From: the human T2T-CHM13v2.0 reference genome, Homo sapiens
DNA length: 64,000 nt
Assembly: GCF_009914755.1 (NCBI RefSeq)
Contig: NC_060939.1
Direction: 5' to 3' (one strand)
Each line of letters starts with the position of its first letter. Position 1 is the stretch's first letter. The position numbers were made by a program, and so were the translations under genes. The notes beneath the pieces are model-generated. The model did not search any database and was not told where the DNA came from. It saw only the letters and a program-made list of their open reading frames with translations. Shown piece after piece: positions 62,910-64,000 of this stretch.

Positions 62910-63385
62910 GGAGAGGAAACTGACCTAAGAGTTTGATGGAAGGAAAAAGGTTGGGAAAGTTCTGGAACATAAGCCACTGTCTATAGGGGGTCAGCCTTGA
63001 TCAGGCACCACCGTGAGGGTTTTCTAAGCAGCTCTGGGCATCTGAGGCCAGGAGGGGAAATTCCAAAGGAAGGAAGGTGACTAAGAAGCGTGACAGCCTT
63101 GCCAGCCCAAGTTTGTCCAGAAACAACCCTCTTCATTTAGCATCTGGAATTTGACCAGGCAGATGTAGTTCCAGGGTATGAAACTGACCTCCAAACTCTG
63201 TGCAAGCTCTGGGAGGCACATTGCTGTGCAGGAAGCAATGCGACGTGACAGTGAGCACTCTTCAATGTCAGGCCCATTCTGTCTATATCATGCGGTCCCA
63301 CAAGCTGGGAGAATTGCTGCTCACTCCGTTGTTTCCCTTGGTCCCTGCATGTACCTCTCAGAGAGCACCCACTCTGTGATTTCAA

Positions 63386-63444
63386 CCCCTTCCTCCCTCC
63401 CTCCCTCCTTCCTTCCTTCCTTCCTTTTTTTCTTTCTTTTTTTT
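63386..63444. repeat. Polypyrimidine (CCCT)n(CCTT)n-Tn tract
   Basis: Direct reading. Confidence 0.85.
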
Positions 63445-64000
63445 AAAAAAAGTTTTGATGCAATGAAATAGAATTGATGCACAGGTCCTAAGTTTGGGCT
63501 GTGGGTTCTACATCCCAGCAACTGCCTCTGTCAATTGATGTGTCTGTCATCTTTGCCTAAGATTTGTGACTGTAGCTATAGGAGCCGTTTTTGTTGTTGT
63601 TGTTTTCTTCTTAGACCTATACAGGGTGTAATCTGTAGGGCATCATTGAAATCAACTTGTCCAAATCCTATATGTTACATACGGAAGGACAGAAAACCCA
63701 GAGAACTAAGAAGCTCACCGCAGCTCACCTGCCCCTGAATTAGTGGAAGGTAAGGAATTAGAACCTGCAGATGACACACCCAACCCTCCCTATCCAGGAA
63801 CCACCCCTTCTTGCCTAGAATGAATCCTCCATTTTTGTCAGCCCCTCACGTGTTTCCACTGCAAAGGTGTTCTTCACCCTGCCTTCAGGGACGCAGCATA
63901 AATCCTTAGATTTCCTCACATTGTCTTCCCTCTTCATTCACCCCGCTGGGCTCCAGTGGAAATTAGGCCAAAGAAGAACCACCTTCCACTCCTGCCCTAC

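Overview
Human genomic DNA (it carries an AluYa5 with all five diagnostic bases, a human-specific subfamily). The window is repeat-rich and non-coding, either intergenic or deep intronic. I see no intact protein-coding gene, tRNA/rRNA or CRISPR array. The only ORFs I recognise are a 5'-truncated L1PA ORF2 C-terminus (30.7-31.4 kb), decayed L1MB ORF2 pieces (21-24 kb) and a full-length processed pseudogene of YBX1 (58848-60340). The rest is Alu, MIR, L2, old L1M, solo LTRs (MLT1, MER41C, MER4, LTR9, four THE1, MST), DNA-transposon fossils and simple repeats. The most striking structure is a four-layer nested insertion at 58.6-60.7 kb: L1ME > Alu left monomer > YBX1 retrocopy > inverted AluYa5. 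It places an intact Pol III B-box directly upstream of a CpG-rich YBX1 5' end and a cold-shock-domain ORF. Candidate regulatory regions are 2.9-3.2 kb (G4/AP-1/CRE), a 64-bp Z-DNA/palindrome at 4.3 kb, LTR9 (octamer-CCAAT-TATA), DUX-type sites in the THE1 LTRs and an AP-1/ARE cluster at 46.5-46.8 kb. I cannot support a genuinely new biological system from sequence alone. Subfamily calls are from recalled consensus sequences, and boundaries of old repeats are approximate.
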